Source: Takakia lepidozioides (Eukaryota; Plantae; Bryophyta). Taken from it: 64,000 bases of DNA. Below are positions 1 to 12,830 of this stretch, piece by piece (positions within the stretch are counted from its first letter, which is position 1; each line of letters opens with the position of its first letter). The notes beneath the pieces are model-generated. The model was not told the DNA's origin. It did no database searches and saw only the letters and a list, made by a program, of their open reading frames with translations. The stretch covers positions 22,754,001-22,818,000 of the forward strand of contig CM060734.1 in assembly GCA_030704615.1 (NCBI GenBank), given 5' to 3'. The translations under genes were made by a program, and so were the position numbers.

Positions 1-410
1 ACCATGTCCCGGACCAAACTCTGGAATAGAATAAAAGTGTCGAGGAGGGACTGATTATAACTTATTCTGATTAGTCCGGGATACTGAGAATTAGAGTTCG
101 GCGCCGAACCCATGTCCAGAGACACAAGAGTCAGACAAAACAAGTCACACGCAAGTTTTGCAACAACTATTAGTGATGAGAAGAGTCGGCGCCGAACTGT
201 CCAGTTTGTGGAGGAATTTGGTTGTCTTCATAACTCTAAATAAAAAAGACAAATCAAACAACAAAACGACCTCGGAATATAAATATCCAAAAAACATGGA
301 GACAAAGCGGATATACATTGCTGAATCAATGGAGATGGATCCGACTGCAAAAGAATGTATTATGAAAAAATGAAATTGACCTCAACGAACAGCAATTGTC
401 AAACTGCTGT

Positions 411-1074
411 TCAAATAAAAAGTGGATTAGGGTCCTTAATGAGTAACTTTGCAACCTCATTCATCGACATTATTGGCTGATGTATCATTGCCCAGTCTAG
501 AGGACAGTTAAGCTGCCTTAAGAAGATGAAGTATAGGTGTTTGCGAGTGTATGGCCCACGCGCAGTTTTCATGGTAGTGAAGTCCAGGCAGGTACACTCG
601 GGAAATTTGCTAGCGATTACGTTGTAAACCACGTTATTCTTGGAAGATCCTACAGTTTTGACGATATAAACCCTCCCAAAACCGGGGGGGGGGACATTTG
701 TGAAACCAGTGATTTGCGCAAGAACTGTATCTGCACTGTCCATCCTAATGAAGTTAAGCCTGCTTGGACGCTTCTTCTTGTTTAACGCTTACCCCACCTT
801 ACAGTATGATAGACATCTCTGTTTTCGGCATTCTGTCTTGCTGTGCTTGAATCCGGAATCTCATCGATCTGTTGGCGGGACTTAACAAGGGACAACAAGC
901 TCATCATCTTTGGGAACAAGCCTAAAACCTGGCGGGTCAAAATATCCACTTCGACCTGGTCCAGGTGACAACCCTCAGCCACCGGCCAAACAGAGGGTGA
1001 AGATGGCTTATCTTTCACACAGATAGTCACCCCCCCATGGACGCACTGAAATATGTTATCTGGACAGAACTATA
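411..1074 (-). pseudogene. C-terminal fragment of Mutator-like (MULE) transposase with SWIM zinc finger
   Basis: ORF 411-743 has FPECTCLDF...RKHLYFIF (degenerate SWIM). Upstream *FCPDNIFQCVHGG...VWPV aligns with WFCPTDVLSCVGG...VWPV of the copy at 25378. Interrupted at 1074 by a CACTA terminus. Confidence 0.8.
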
Positions 1075-1689
1075 CACTAGAAGGAAAACGCGGAATAACC
1101 ACTGGCCCCTTTAACCACTTTTATCTTTTACCACTCCATAAACCACTCACAGTAATGGTAACCACTGGCAAGTGGTTAATCCCGATGAATGGCCACGGTG
1201 GCATCAAATGGAGTGGTTGGAAGTGGTTTCAACCACTAAGTACGTATAATATTATATTTTTTAATTTAGGATCTACCATTTGGTAATATGTTTTTGTAAT
1301 CAATATAATATTCTACGTGGACAGGTACGGTGGTAGATCGTGAGTGGTGTACGTAGATCTTGAGTGGTTAAAGACACCTCAGTGAGTGGTACCACTTGGA
1401 AAGTGGTAGAGAGTGAGTGGTTAAAGACACTATAGTGATTGGCACCACTCGGACGGTGGTCTCTTGTGAGTGGTTAAATACACACCATCAATGATTGGTA
1501 CCACTTTTGTGGTGATACAAGAAAATGTTTAAGTGGTTTGTGCACCTGTGACAGACTTTGAAAAATAGACAAGTGTTCATATCATTGTAAGATGATACTA
1601 TTGAACAGATGGTTCCAAACAATAAACTTTATTCTGAATCTGAATCACAGTATTCACTCTCTGAAGCACTTTCCTCAACTGGAATAGCG

Positions 1690-2560
1690 GTAGGCTGTAC
1701 AAATGTCGCTTGAATGGTAGCCAACATAGCCAACTCTTATCTATTTAGAGTTGTGGCACCATCTAATGACCTAGGTATGGGCTGATATGATAAGGTAGAC
1801 TAGGCCCGCAGACCATCGAAATCTGCATCTTCTCCAATGTCACATTGATCTACGTCTGCCACAATTTTTTTGCTGAATTGGATCATTCCAAAGGACTACC
1901 TTCCACTCCGAACCTGCTGACTCATCATAAAAGAACACCCGATCAACTTGAGAGGGAAAAATGAACGGCTCTTCATCTTCGGGCAACATCCTCCCAAAAT
2001 TCGCAAGAAGAAAACCATATGAATCTCTTTTCCTTGTAGCATTTTCCAATGAGGTTGGCCCTCACCCAAGCACAACAAAATACAATTGGGTGTACTCGTC
2101 CATAGTCCAATTTCAAGATCTTTTTGATGATCCCAACGTACTCCAATGGTGACATGACTGGATTTCTATCGCACATACTATTTCTACTCTCTTGGTGGAA
2201 GACGGATGCAACTCCAGAATCAAAAGAGACAAGAAGACAACTCTCCGTGTCGTCCACTCGATAATGATTTCCATATGCCTTCATCCCATGAAATGAGGCT
2301 GATCTCAACGAGGGGGGACAAGACAAATGAACGAGATCCCTATCCTCAACAGAGACATGGGCCTGGACTACACGGCGTATCCATACCGGTAGGGGTGGAA
2401 ACTCCAACAAATGGTTTGGGTATTGCACCGGAAGGTTGCGTTCACTTCGATTGGCACGCCATTCACGACTATATGCCTCTCTGTCTGCTGTACTGTGCCG
2501 TATCTACTGCATACTTCCTGTCACAAGATGGCAAGAAGAATGACACGTTTTAGCAATGAA
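1690..2560 (-). pseudogene. CACTA transposase C-terminal region (DUF4216-like), frameshifted
   Basis: YGNHYRV..SFDSGVASVF..EYVGIIKKILKLDYG, then KRDSYGFLLANF..EPFIFPSQVDRVFF..WKVVL across frames. Confidence 0.85.
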
Positions 2561-2826
2561 GTGTTGCATTACTTGGCACCCCAACCTAGCATGACTGCTA
2601 CTTTGAAAACTACTGTTTTAAACCACTGGAGAAGTGAGCAGTATTTGAAAACGCTCTTATAACAATCACTCACTCAGACATTCAGTTACTATAGCAGTGG
2701 TTATAATTACTAATGAGCTACTGAAAACTTACCGACAGTTGTGACTTTGTGGGTGGAATCAACCACTGGTGACAGTCAGAATTGAAACTTGACTTGATAT
2801 GAATAAGGAGCAATAAAAGCAAGTAC

Positions 2827-4200
2827 TCACTGCACCCAAGGCGCCATGACATTGGTATTGTTCAACACATACAAATGTGTTGCATCTCTCTCAGCACCAG
2901 TCATGTCCCGCTTTTTGACTCCATCTTCCAAGACCTCACCCTCAACCCCTTCCTCCTCATTTGCATCCCAAATCCGGCGTTGAGTTGCATCAAATGATTG
3001 CATATGCTTAGTCATGAACCCCATGGCCTCATCAAGAACATACCCTGCAACCATACTCCCTTCTGGCTTTGCTAAATTCCTAACATACCCATTGAGATCT
3101 CTCATGTAACTCTCCATGGGATACATCCACCGTGAAGACACTAGACGGGTAGTTGCAGGCTACGGTGGACCAAAAACTACGTAACATGGCAGACTGCAGT
3201 TTCTGCAGTGACCTCCATTCATGGTACCTTTTATAGTAAAATCACAACTCAATATTTCATATAAGTCTATACGGTCTAAGATTTGTAACTACAGTAGAGA
3301 CATACACCAATTTTTTTTATTGTAAAAATGATCATCTATGAAAGAGCTATGGACTCTTAAAGTTGAATCTTATGGACTGCAATGTTATACATGAAAAACC
3401 ATATGGACTAAAAAAAAACACCATATACACCTAAGTAATAACAAAAAGAAAAACACATTAGAGGTGCCATTTTTTAAAGCTACCCAAGTGCACTTTTATA
3501 TGGACTAAAAACATCAAGGAATGAGAGGTATGGACTAATTTATACTAAACACTGGGCCCAAACTGGGCCTATTTTCCCTAATGTACATCATCCTCATTTA
3601 GAGGCTTTTAGGATATCATCATTACTAAAAATGTGTAAAAACCCATAATCTAGAGGTGCCAAGTGATATATGGAAACAAATTCTAAAATCTCTAATGATT
3701 AGAAATAAAAAATGGTTTTATATTATTCAGAATTTAAAAAAAAATCTAATAAAAAAATTCTAGCCTATTTGGGGTGGGACTTTTTACTGAAAGCATTAAA
3801 TATATCATATCTATCATCTAAAGTTAAATATTTGGATAAATTCCCTCAATTTGAGGTACCTATATAGACTTTCATGGAGGAAAAATCTGTCTCTTTTGGT
3901 CCACCGTACCCTTTCCATTGCCCAGACCACATGTGTCTAGTTCATCTACGAGGTGAACTAGCAAATGGATCATGACATCAAAGAAAGAAGGGGTGGACTC
4001 TTTCTCTAACAAACACAACGTGATATCAACATCCTCATGCAATGAATCTATTTCTGAAAGGTCCCATACTTTGGCACAAATCTGGCGGAAAATGCGACTG
4101 ACACGCATAATGACCCTACGTGGGCCTGGAGCCATGCAATGACGAATAAACACCGGTAAAATAAAACATGATAATCATGGGACTTCAAGGTCGTCGACTG
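2827..4200 (-). pseudogene. CACTA transposase (DUF4218-like region) split by a MITE
   Basis: LKSHDYHV...FFDVMIHLLVHLVDELDTCG | SSRWMYPMESYMRDLNGYVRNLAKPEGSM. The frame is restored when 3147-3923 plus one TSD copy is removed. Confidence 0.88.
3147..3923. mobile_element. 777-bp non-autonomous TIR element (MITE) with 4-bp TSD AGAC
   Basis: Ends GGGTAG..TACGGTGGACCAAAA and TTTTGGTCCACCGTA..TTGCCC. AGAC at 3143-3146 and 3924-3927. AT-rich interior. Confidence 0.85.
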
Positions 4201-4497
4201 TTGCATTGAACAATGTCGTCGGACCACTACCGGATGAAACTTTCCAACTGGAGTGAACGGATTTGGACATGTTCGTTGTGGGCATATGCGCATCATCGTT
4301 TAATGACATTTTTTGTGAAAGCACAATAGATACAAATACATGGGTTCTCCAAAATCAGCATGTCCGTCCTTCGTTCGGCGTCAAACATAACAAGTTTGGC
4401 CACAAGGACAGAATGTGGAGAACGGAGAATGTCAGGATAAACAATAATCTGAAGGGTCAGTTAGGATCCAGAAATCATCCGTCCCCTAAAATTATAT

Positions 4498-4810
4498 CGT
4501 TCGGCGCCGAACTGCTAGACTCATACGGCGTGTTTCACGTTGCAAGTCGGACGTTCGGCGCCGAACTACCAGTCTCATACGAAGTATTAAACGAACCATT
4601 TAAAACGATCGGCGCCGATCACTGGAAACGACCCTCAATATGCATAACCGCAACTACAGAGGAGACATTCTAAACTGAGGTTCGGCGCCGAACAGTCATT
4701 ACCAAATATATCAAGGCAACTAACGATGCTTTTACCCTATCTACATGACCTCTGTAGAAGAGTGTAAATCATGGAAGTCTTTCAAAACAAAAGGTTCAGC
4801 GCCAAACACT
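4498..4810. repeat. Dispersed palindromic GTTCGGCGCCGAAC repeats (also at ~97 and ~186)
   Basis: Five or more copies of TCGGCGCCGA variants in MULE-associated non-coding DNA. Confidence 0.75.
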
Positions 4811-5122
4811 CAAAGAGAGAGAAAGAGAAAGAGAAGACTCCGGCCGAAGCTGGCGTAACTAAGAGCCACTTCGCCTTGCGGCTACTACCCCCTTTCGGGG
4901 GTGGGCCCTATAAGAAATTGGACGCCAAGCATGGATGGTGTTGATCCCACTTGACATCGCCAAACACTCATTATCCGTTTAAGGAAGACAAACGGCGATT
5001 TTAGCAGACAACGGTGCCGTCAGTCTAATCCTTCATTATGCATATTCGGCGCCAAACAATCATAACTTTCGGAATGCAACATGTAGATCAACAATTTACA
5101 TTGGAAATAAGAGTGAAACGAC

Positions 5123-5560
5123 CTACTTCCTTACCGAACATAGGTAGTTTCCTAGCTGCGGGTATCGATGTCGCCACCACGCGAACCAGCTTCCAAGCGC
5201 CGGTAGATCGTCCTGATCAGCTGCTCCAAAGCTCGACCACCATGCCCGCATAATTGCGTAATTCGTATCCGCAGACTCCACATCGGTTGCATTACGCCAT
5301 TCATGGCAGAGTTGGGTGTGTTGGTCCCTCATGTTTTCTCTTATGTATTTCGTAGTGTGTGATTGGAGGCTCTGGGCCCAATGAAACCCATAAATCCTCT
5401 ACGTCGTTTTTCCATCCGTGCCATCTGCTCAATATTGATGCATTCCCATAACAACACCTGGGCATTGGTACCCTGCACCTTCATCTCGCAAATGACGATT
5501 GTCATCAGTTTCTGGCAGTTTGGCTCGTAGACGTGGCATGCGAGCACTACAACACACCAG
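5123..5560 (-). pseudogene. Internally deleted fragment of MULE transposase core
   Basis: LACHVYEP..KLMTIVICEMK..AQVLLWE and HTQLCHEW..RAWWSS..LGSWFAWWRHRY match the copies at 25378-27654 and 48775-52273. Confidence 0.85.
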
Positions 5561-8559
5561 GTTCTCACGACTATCACAGCTTCACAATAGGTCTCATTAT
5601 TGACATCTCTCACTATATTTGTCACTACGTAGTTGAAAAGTGTCACCATGGCATGTGAGTAGTGACGCATTTCACTACCACTAGAAAACGTTTTTTTACA
5701 TAGTTAGATTGTCTGACACTCTAATTCAAACTCTGACATATATAATTAGAAATGATTTTATTTTTATTTTTATTTATAAGTCTTTTAACTAATAGTAAAA
5801 TGTTTGACTATAACCTCTCACACAACCAAGACAATGGTATGGTATTTCACTATCATTATCAAATGTTTGTCTACTTGGTTTCTATAGGACACGCTGTCAT
5901 TGACAGCTGTACCTATGAAAAATTTATATAACTAATAGTGAAATATTTTACTATAACCTCTGACACAGCTAGGACAAGGCCGGTATATATCTCACTATCA
6001 CTATCAAATGTTTGTCTACTTAGTTTTTTTGGTCTTGTAGACAATGACACATATAACTAAGATAAGGCCAAACAGGCAATAGATAATTTAAAAGTACAAT
6101 AGGACAAGTACACGTGTTATAACAACAAAGTATTCCATAATTATAAACAAAAAATATATATAATGTTGATTAGATGGACTTGGCTCGCACGATGTACAAG
6201 GTTAGATCATGCGATGGAGAATATTTTGAATCGTCAGATTGTATACGATCTGACGGTCTAAGAGTCTAACTTCATGACCAAATTCGCTGAAGTCTTGGCC
6301 GGCCAAGAGTCTTGGCAGATGCAAAGGTAGTGTTTGACAATACAGGAGTATGAACATGTGCAGGGGGGACGGATTGATGGAGGCTTTGGAGACCTATGAT
6401 CTAGCAAGTGATGGTGAAAGCCGGTCGTTGTTTCTTCTTCTTCTTCCCTGCGCAAAATGCTTGCCTTGGACGTCCTGCCCCGGCCGCCCTCTTTGTCCTT
6501 TGCGACCAAAGTTTAGGGTTTAGGGTTTGTTTGGTTGTGCGTGTCTAAGTAGTACCATGCGGCTGGCTAAAGCAGGTTTCTAAGAGCCCTTGACCCAGCC
6601 AGGCAGGCACAGTCCAACTTTACGCCTTTGAAGGCTTTGTGCAAGAGGGCCGGTTTTCAAATACAAGATTACTTCTGATTCCCTGTGGATCAATAGCTAC
6701 AAGAAATCTGCGTGGGTAGATGGTCAACTGGAAACAGTAGCGGCAGCAGCACAATTGATAGAACAAGGCACTGCTAATGAAGGCACCTTCTTCAACACAT
6801 TTCAGCCTGTTTTTCCCCGTTATCAGAGTTGGCCCTAAAGTTTCATGTTGAATTCTGCAAGTTCGCTCGTTGATGGATCTATGGTGATTTTGGAGTGATT
6901 TTGACATGTTACTGCCAATGTGGCAACAGGAAAGTATCGAAAAACGGATAACAGAGACGAGGAGAAGTTGTGGAGACATTCATCCCAAAAATTTGGTGGA
7001 GGCTCTGATCTGAAGCTCGATAGTCGAGAGGGGGAATGGAATGTATTGCACGAGGGGCTGCGACATGGCAAGGAGTGACGGGCGGTGCCTGCTGTACCTA
7101 CTCTTCTATCGGAAATTCGACCTCTGACCCTCTCTTGCCAGGTATCAATTTCCTACTTCGATGGCGTAGATGTGGCTAAAGGAAGATCTGGGTCAAGGAA
7201 ATGCGGGGTGGTAGTTAGACCGCTGTGTTAGATTTCCCTTCTCTATGGGTAGTTTTTATTTCAATGCCCAGTTTTCAAATAGGCTAGCAGAGTGGTTAAT
7301 GGTACATGCTCTAATGGGTTTATTGGAAATGATAGATTCTACCCTTTCTGAAATTGATCTGTCCCAATTTGAATCGCCTCTTGTACTTGGCACTGGTAGG
7401 GCTTTCATCTGTTCACACTTGCACACTGCAGCAGGGGTTTGTTGGGTTGTATCTCACCGCATCCTTCACTAGGAATTTTTTCATGGGTGCAATGAGGTCA
7501 AACACCCTTCCTTATTAATGCATGCCAACTGCCAATATGACTTCTCCCTGTAGGAGAAGTCATATTGTTCATTTCCAGCCAGGCAACAGATCATCGTCTA
7601 CAGTGTACATTGACTGAGCCCAACTCCCAGGTCAATGATCATTTGGGTGTCCATGGAAGACTGCTAGAACTTCTGCCCTGCCCATGAGGATATAGACTTG
7701 GATGTAAGTTTTGTTGTATGTCAACCGGAAATGTATCTGGTAAGTGTTGTTCTGTTATGTTGCAGGCTACAGATTGGTATCCTACATTTGCTGGACAGTA
7801 ATGACCTTGACAAACTTTGAGATCACAACCATTACCAGAGGTAGATACCCATTGTTTTTTCTCTTATGAGGTTCTACCATCTTCATCACCAGTACTCCAC
7901 CTTTCCAGCAGACTGTTTCATGGATGATGACGTCTTGTAAGTACACCAAAATGGAATTCTTGACCTATAGGCAGCACTCAACGTCGCCATGTTTTGGCAA
8001 ACACTGCATGTTCAAATGTAAAGTAGCTAGAAAAGTATCAAGGTGCTTATTCACCTAAGACTTCATTGAGTTGGGACACAAGCAGCTGTAATTAGTTTGA
8101 GCTCTTGGATGAATCTGGACCCACGCTCTATCCCTGCTCCTTCAGCTATCCATGCCTCTGCACAAATCATACATTCATCCTTGCCTTGCTGCTAGCAGCT
8201 AACAATGACAGCCTAGATTTGTTCTAGGAAACACCCAACTCAGCTTATCACACTACTTCCTATGCTGAATTGTGTCTGCTACTCTCCGTAATCTAACAGG
8301 CATTCACCTTTTTGCCTCGGTTGTCCCACCATTGACTGGGGTCAAAAAAGTATTCATTCCACAACTTCTCATCATCTCTGTTACCTATTTCTGGATACTT
8401 TCCCGTTGTCACTTTGGCAGTATCATGTCAAAGTCACTCCAAACTATCAAAGGTGAGAATTTTTTGCAATTTCAGAATGTGTCACTTACTTTGAGAAGTC
8501 TGTGCCGATTTCCCGTGTATGTCTTCCCATCTTCCGGTACTATGAGATTTTTCTGCAAT

Positions 8560-9505
8560 TTCAGGATCGGTGACATCCTTTGAGAAGTCTGTGTCGATTT
8601 CCCAAAGACAACCAAAATGTGATTGTCTTCCCACTTCACTGAATTTCTTGGGATGGCGGTGCGTTGCAGATATGTCACCTGTGTTGGGAGTTTGAAATGT
8701 GAAAAGGGGGGCGCGCCCATTTTTTGTGAGGGAGAGGTATCACAACAACACTTTGTGGCTCGGAACGTCAGATACCAAATTTCAAACGCAAAGTATAGTA
8801 CCGGACAAGACGTTTGTCTGCGCCATCCGCAACCAGCCTCCAACTTGTATGGAGGCTTGTCTGGCGAAGATGTTTTACATTTGTGGACCTCCTGCTATGA
8901 CACGATGTGCAGTCCATGTGGGATACCACACCCATAGGAGTGCGACAGGCGCATCCAGAGAAGCTGCAGCTCGTGCAAAGGAGGTTTTGAAAGAAGAGCT
9001 CATCAGGTCTCCATCGGCACGACCAAAAGCTGTCGAACTGAGTGCGGCGCAAACCATTGTCATGCAACATATTATGTCCGCCGATGGGGGCCAAAGATGC
9101 AAGCTTGACAGCGATGAGTTTGATGCTCTACTGGATGCAGTTGAAGCATTTGGGAGCCCGGCGAATGAAGTCACAAACAGGCCGGGGTGAAAAAATGCAA
9201 AGCTTGCAGAAAATGAAGTCTATGTGTGGGTATGACTATGTCCATGGCAGCAGATTTCCCGGTCAAGGTAACGAGCATCAACGGTACTTTGTGTTCAGGA
9301 TGTTGATTGTTGGCCCGACATCCGGAGTGCATCTGGTGGATATGATGAATGTTGACGGGCCATTGGAAAATAGCTGGGTGATGTTCGACAATGTGAAACG
9401 AGTAAATGGATGGAGCACGATGTCTGCCATGTGTACGAGCCCAACTACAGGAAGCTGATGACCATCGCCATTTGCGAGATGAAATCGGAAGACAAATACT
9501 TTCAA
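8560..9505 (+). pseudogene. MULE transposase fragment (GCM-like zinc finger plus start of DDE domain)
   Basis: CRYVTCVGSLKCE..CLAKMFYI..RCAVHVGYHTH; YDYVHGSRFPGQG..WVMFDNVKRVNGWSTM. Frameshifted. Confidence 0.85.
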
Positions 9506-10048
9506 GTGACCCCCTGCCTACATGTTTTTCTTCTTGAAGGGATTGGTTTAAATGCAGTGCTAGAATTGTCGTAAAACTGTGTGCGTCGACGCACACAGAT
9601 TCTGAAGGCCCCGTGAGCCCTGTGACTGTGCCTTAACCTTCCCCTGCGATCATCTTCAAAACTATTTGCGTTGACGCACACACTCCTCCTGACTCTTTTG
9701 CTTCCCTGAACTGATCCCCCCTCTGTATAACATTTCAGGTATATATAAGCACATTCTTATTCCTGGGAAGTTTTTGAGTCAGCACCCGGACTTCATCGAC
9801 CTTTGGGCTGATCCAGCCTCAAATCAAATAATGTTTACAGCTGGTATCATTGGTGACTGGGGTCGTGCGCATCTACCTGACTGTGGATGGTACCTGGATC
9901 GCCCGGCCTCGGACACCCCATTCCAGGAGATGTTGACGAAGAGCTTGAACAATAGTGCAGTCGCCATCGCTCCCATGTCGGAGCTTGAGATACACGAGAA
10001 TAATCTTCGGAATTTGGCCACAAAGGAGCCCACAGCCGGGGAATGCCT

Positions 10049-11803
10049 CCGCGTGAGCCTGGCCGTGTGAGCGCAGCCAGGCTCACGCCATGTCAACAGT
10101 TCCCGCCACGTTGGTTCTTGCCAGCGTAGTTCACGCCACGTCATTCTCATAGGCACGGACCTATAACCGTGGATAGAACAGCGTGAAGGGGCCCTATAGC
10201 GCGGACTTGAGCGTTCGGCACATAGGGAACCATATTTGGGCGATGAGAAGAAGTGCAGAAAAGGTTCAAATGAATGTTGCTAAATGATTGTGTTTGAGAC
10301 CGAATATAGAATAATGGTTGTGGATGAATTAATGAGTATGAAGGAGAATCAGTGTGGATGACACGCACAGAATATGGATGAATATGGATGAAATCTTGAG
10401 GATGATAATGGCTGAATGGTGGACGACAAATTGAGGATAAGAAGGAGTGCGCACCTTTTTTTCACCATGGTTCATAAATAAAAGAATATAATACCCAACC
10501 CTTCTTCCAATAGCAACCGAACCCCACTGCCTTCCTTCCACACCGAAGCCGAGATCTCACCGAGCCCAGTGCAATGAGAAGACATTGCCACTAAAGATCC
10601 ATGTAATTGAGTAATGCTTACATTGAGTAAAAAGGGAAGGATGTACTATCATGACACAACATGGTCTGGCTGTTTTCCGGAATCAGCCTCTCCCATCTAG
10701 GTGTCATTCAAACATTTATTTGACCAAGCACAACGATCAATGTCGTTTGCACAAACATCACAATTTGGGAAAAATCCCTCATGAAGCACATGATAAGATT
10801 TAATCAATGTCTGCCATTTGGGAAAGGTAGACTGATCAAAGCAATCGTAGAAGAAGACAACACAACAGATGTCAGACAGATCTTTGACTCTTTGATTTGC
10901 TCGCACTGGTTACTGCAACATTCCCCCTGGCTGGTTGGAAAACAGTGTGCGGTGCCACACACCCCTTCTGCCCATTAGAAAAACACTGAATTCGGGACCC
11001 AAAAACAGTGTGCGGCGCCGCACACTGTTTTGGGTTCTAACCAACCAGGAAAAAAATAAAAATAAAAATAAAAATAAAATAAATCCCCCCCTCTGGTTGG
11101 CTGGAAAAACAGTATGCGGCGCCACACACCCTTTCTGCCCAGTGAAAAACACCGAATTCGGGACCCCCAAAACAGTTTGCGGCGCCGCACACCCTTTCTG
11201 CCCATTGAAAAACACCGAATTCGGTCTTTTTCAATGGGCAGAAAAGGTGTGCGGCGCCGCACGCTGTTTTGGGGTCCAACCAAGCAGAAGGGAAAAAAAT
11301 AAAATAAATTTCCCCTTAGGAGCCTTTTGGGTGGGGCAGAAACTGCTATGTATTCAATCCCTTTCAAGTACCCTCCATGCTTTCTGTTGCTGTCTGAAGA
11401 GACCTCAAAAAAAGCCTTTTGGATGGGGCACACACGGTGTGCTTTGAAGCACACTATTTCTGCTATGTTTTCAATCCCTTTCAAGGAGACGCGTCGCGGT
11501 GGATTCCTGCTTTAAGAAGGTGGATTCTTGCTTGAAGACATCGAATGGATGCAAATGGATGCGAATGGTTTGTCATTTCATTTCTAGTTTGTCATTTGTG
11601 GTTTTCTAGTTTCATGTTTTGATGAACAAATCCCACGGGTATAGGCCCCTCGGTCATAGGCGCCATATCTTTCTGGTGACGTGGCGATGGTTGTCCTATC
11701 GTCACGTCAGCATACCCACACCACGTCGGCGTGACCGTACGCTCACGCCACATCAGCTGGTGTGAGCGTAGGCTCACGCCATGTCAGCATTGTGTGAGCT
11801 TAC
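10049..11803. mobile_element. Non-autonomous element with long imperfect TIRs of the same family as the MULE end at 48150
   Basis: 10049-10175 resembles 48150-48315 directly. 11630-11803 (continuing at 21296-21304 beyond the Ty3 insertion) is an inverted copy built of GTGAGCGTACGCTCAC palindromes. Confidence 0.7.
10930..11285. repeat. Cluster of GTGCGGCGCCGCAC palindromic repeats
   Basis: About five AAACAGTGTGCGGCGCCGCACAC units in direct and inverted arrangement. Confidence 0.85.
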
Positions 11804-11968
11804 TGTCGTGCGCATACATATCGCTACACAACTACATCGCTGTCCAAAACCACACAACACATGTGCACACCACACACTAGTATACCACTAGTCCAACCAC
11901 TAGGCTACAACTAGTCAGTCACTAGGCTGCCACTATGTTGCCCACTATGGCAGTCACTAGTCCACACA
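11804..11968 (-). repeat. Terminal repeat A, copy 1 (165 bp, TG...CA)
   Basis: Near-identical to 12289-12476 (one substitution and one 23-bp repeat indel seen). Confidence 0.95.
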
Positions 11969-11969
11969 A

Positions 11970-12286
11970 TGATAAAGAAGAAGAATACAAGCACAAGCTC
12001 ACAAAGCTGAAGCATAAACTCATGCATATATAACCTCATCACTCAAATACAAGTCAAGCCAAGTGCACCCCACGCCATGGGGAATCCACACTACGGCGCC
12101 ATAGCTAGGCGCGGTGAGGCTCAACTCGAGAAAGATGAGCCTCCCGCGCTTGCCGTGAAGATAACCACTCCAGGGCCTAAATCTGCCTTGACCCCTGGAT
12201 TGACACTTGGGCCAATCCCAAATGTCAATATGTAAAAGCTAGCTATTTCCTAGCTAGTTTCACACTAGTGATAAAATAACTTGACA
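11970..12286 (-). repeat. Terminal repeat B, copy 1 (317 bp, TG...CA)
   Basis: Near-identical to 20965-21291 (one 10-bp indel and one substitution seen). Confidence 0.95.
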
Positions 12287-12288
12287 GC

Positions 12289-12476
12289 TGTCGTGCGCAT
12301 ACATATCGCTACACAACTACATCGCTGTCCAAAACCACACAACATATGTGCACACCACACACTAGTATACCACTAGTCCACCACTAGTCCAACCACTAGT
12401 CCAACCACTAGGCTACAACTAGTCAGTCACTAGGCTGCCACTATGTTGCCCACTATGGCAGTCACTAGTCCACACA
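12289..12476 (-). repeat. Terminal repeat A, copy 2 (188 bp), immediately after the PPT in sense orientation
   Basis: Joined to B1 by a CA-gc-TG junction. Confidence 0.95.
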
Positions 12477-12487
12477 ATCGCCCCCTA
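12477..12487 (-). other. Polypurine tract
   Basis: Sense AGGGGGCG-AT-TGTGTGG: purine run 2 nt before the TG of repeat A2. Confidence 0.75.
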
Positions 12488-12707
12488 GCTGGTGCTTAGG
12501 TCCCTCTAAGTCCAGGTAGCCACAAGATGTGATAGTGACCATAGTCTCACTAAGTCCTCCACCACTATCCCTACTACACTCAAACTCGATAGATCAAGAG
12601 GCCGGGTGCAAGAGTTGCCCCATCGTTAGTCGCCGTCTTGCAACCTGTGAACTTGAGCTTGGGATCTCATGTATTGACTCCTATGAGCTTGGCCTCCCAT
12701 GTCTTGT

Positions 12708-12830
12708 TAGCTGCCTCCGTCAGGAACCTTCTCAAGAGGTGGTGTCAAGCATCCCATATGCCAACCCCTTGAGCATCGATCACACACCAGCATGGTAGCT
12801 GCCCCTTTGGCAGATCCACAGAGCATCACC
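12708..12830 (-). pseudogene. PHD finger at integrase C-terminus (frameshift at first Cys, last CxxC missing)
   Basis: Manual translation: (C)MLCGSAKGAATMLVCDRCSRGWHMGCLTPPLEKVPDG. Confidence 0.85.

Larger units (their letters stand above)
1075..4210 (-). mobile_element. Truncated CACTA (En/Spm) DNA transposon inserted in the MULE transposase
   Basis: Terminus CACTAGAAGGAAAACG at 1075, followed by many ACCACT/AGTGGT subterminal repeats (1098-1540) and transposase remnants. The other end was not found. Confidence 0.75.

Noticed and set aside
5673-5700. Second CACTA terminus (CACTACCACTAGAAAAC)
   Set aside because: Same orientation as the 1075 terminus; no matching inverted end or 3-bp TSD found.
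6512-6528. TTTAGGG telomeric repeat
   Set aside because: Only about 2.5 units; at most a telo-box, and no downstream gene could be supported.
10910-11484. Overlapping ORFs on both strands (likewise at 29145-29898)
   Set aside because: Translations of palindromic tandem repeats with no protein-like signal.
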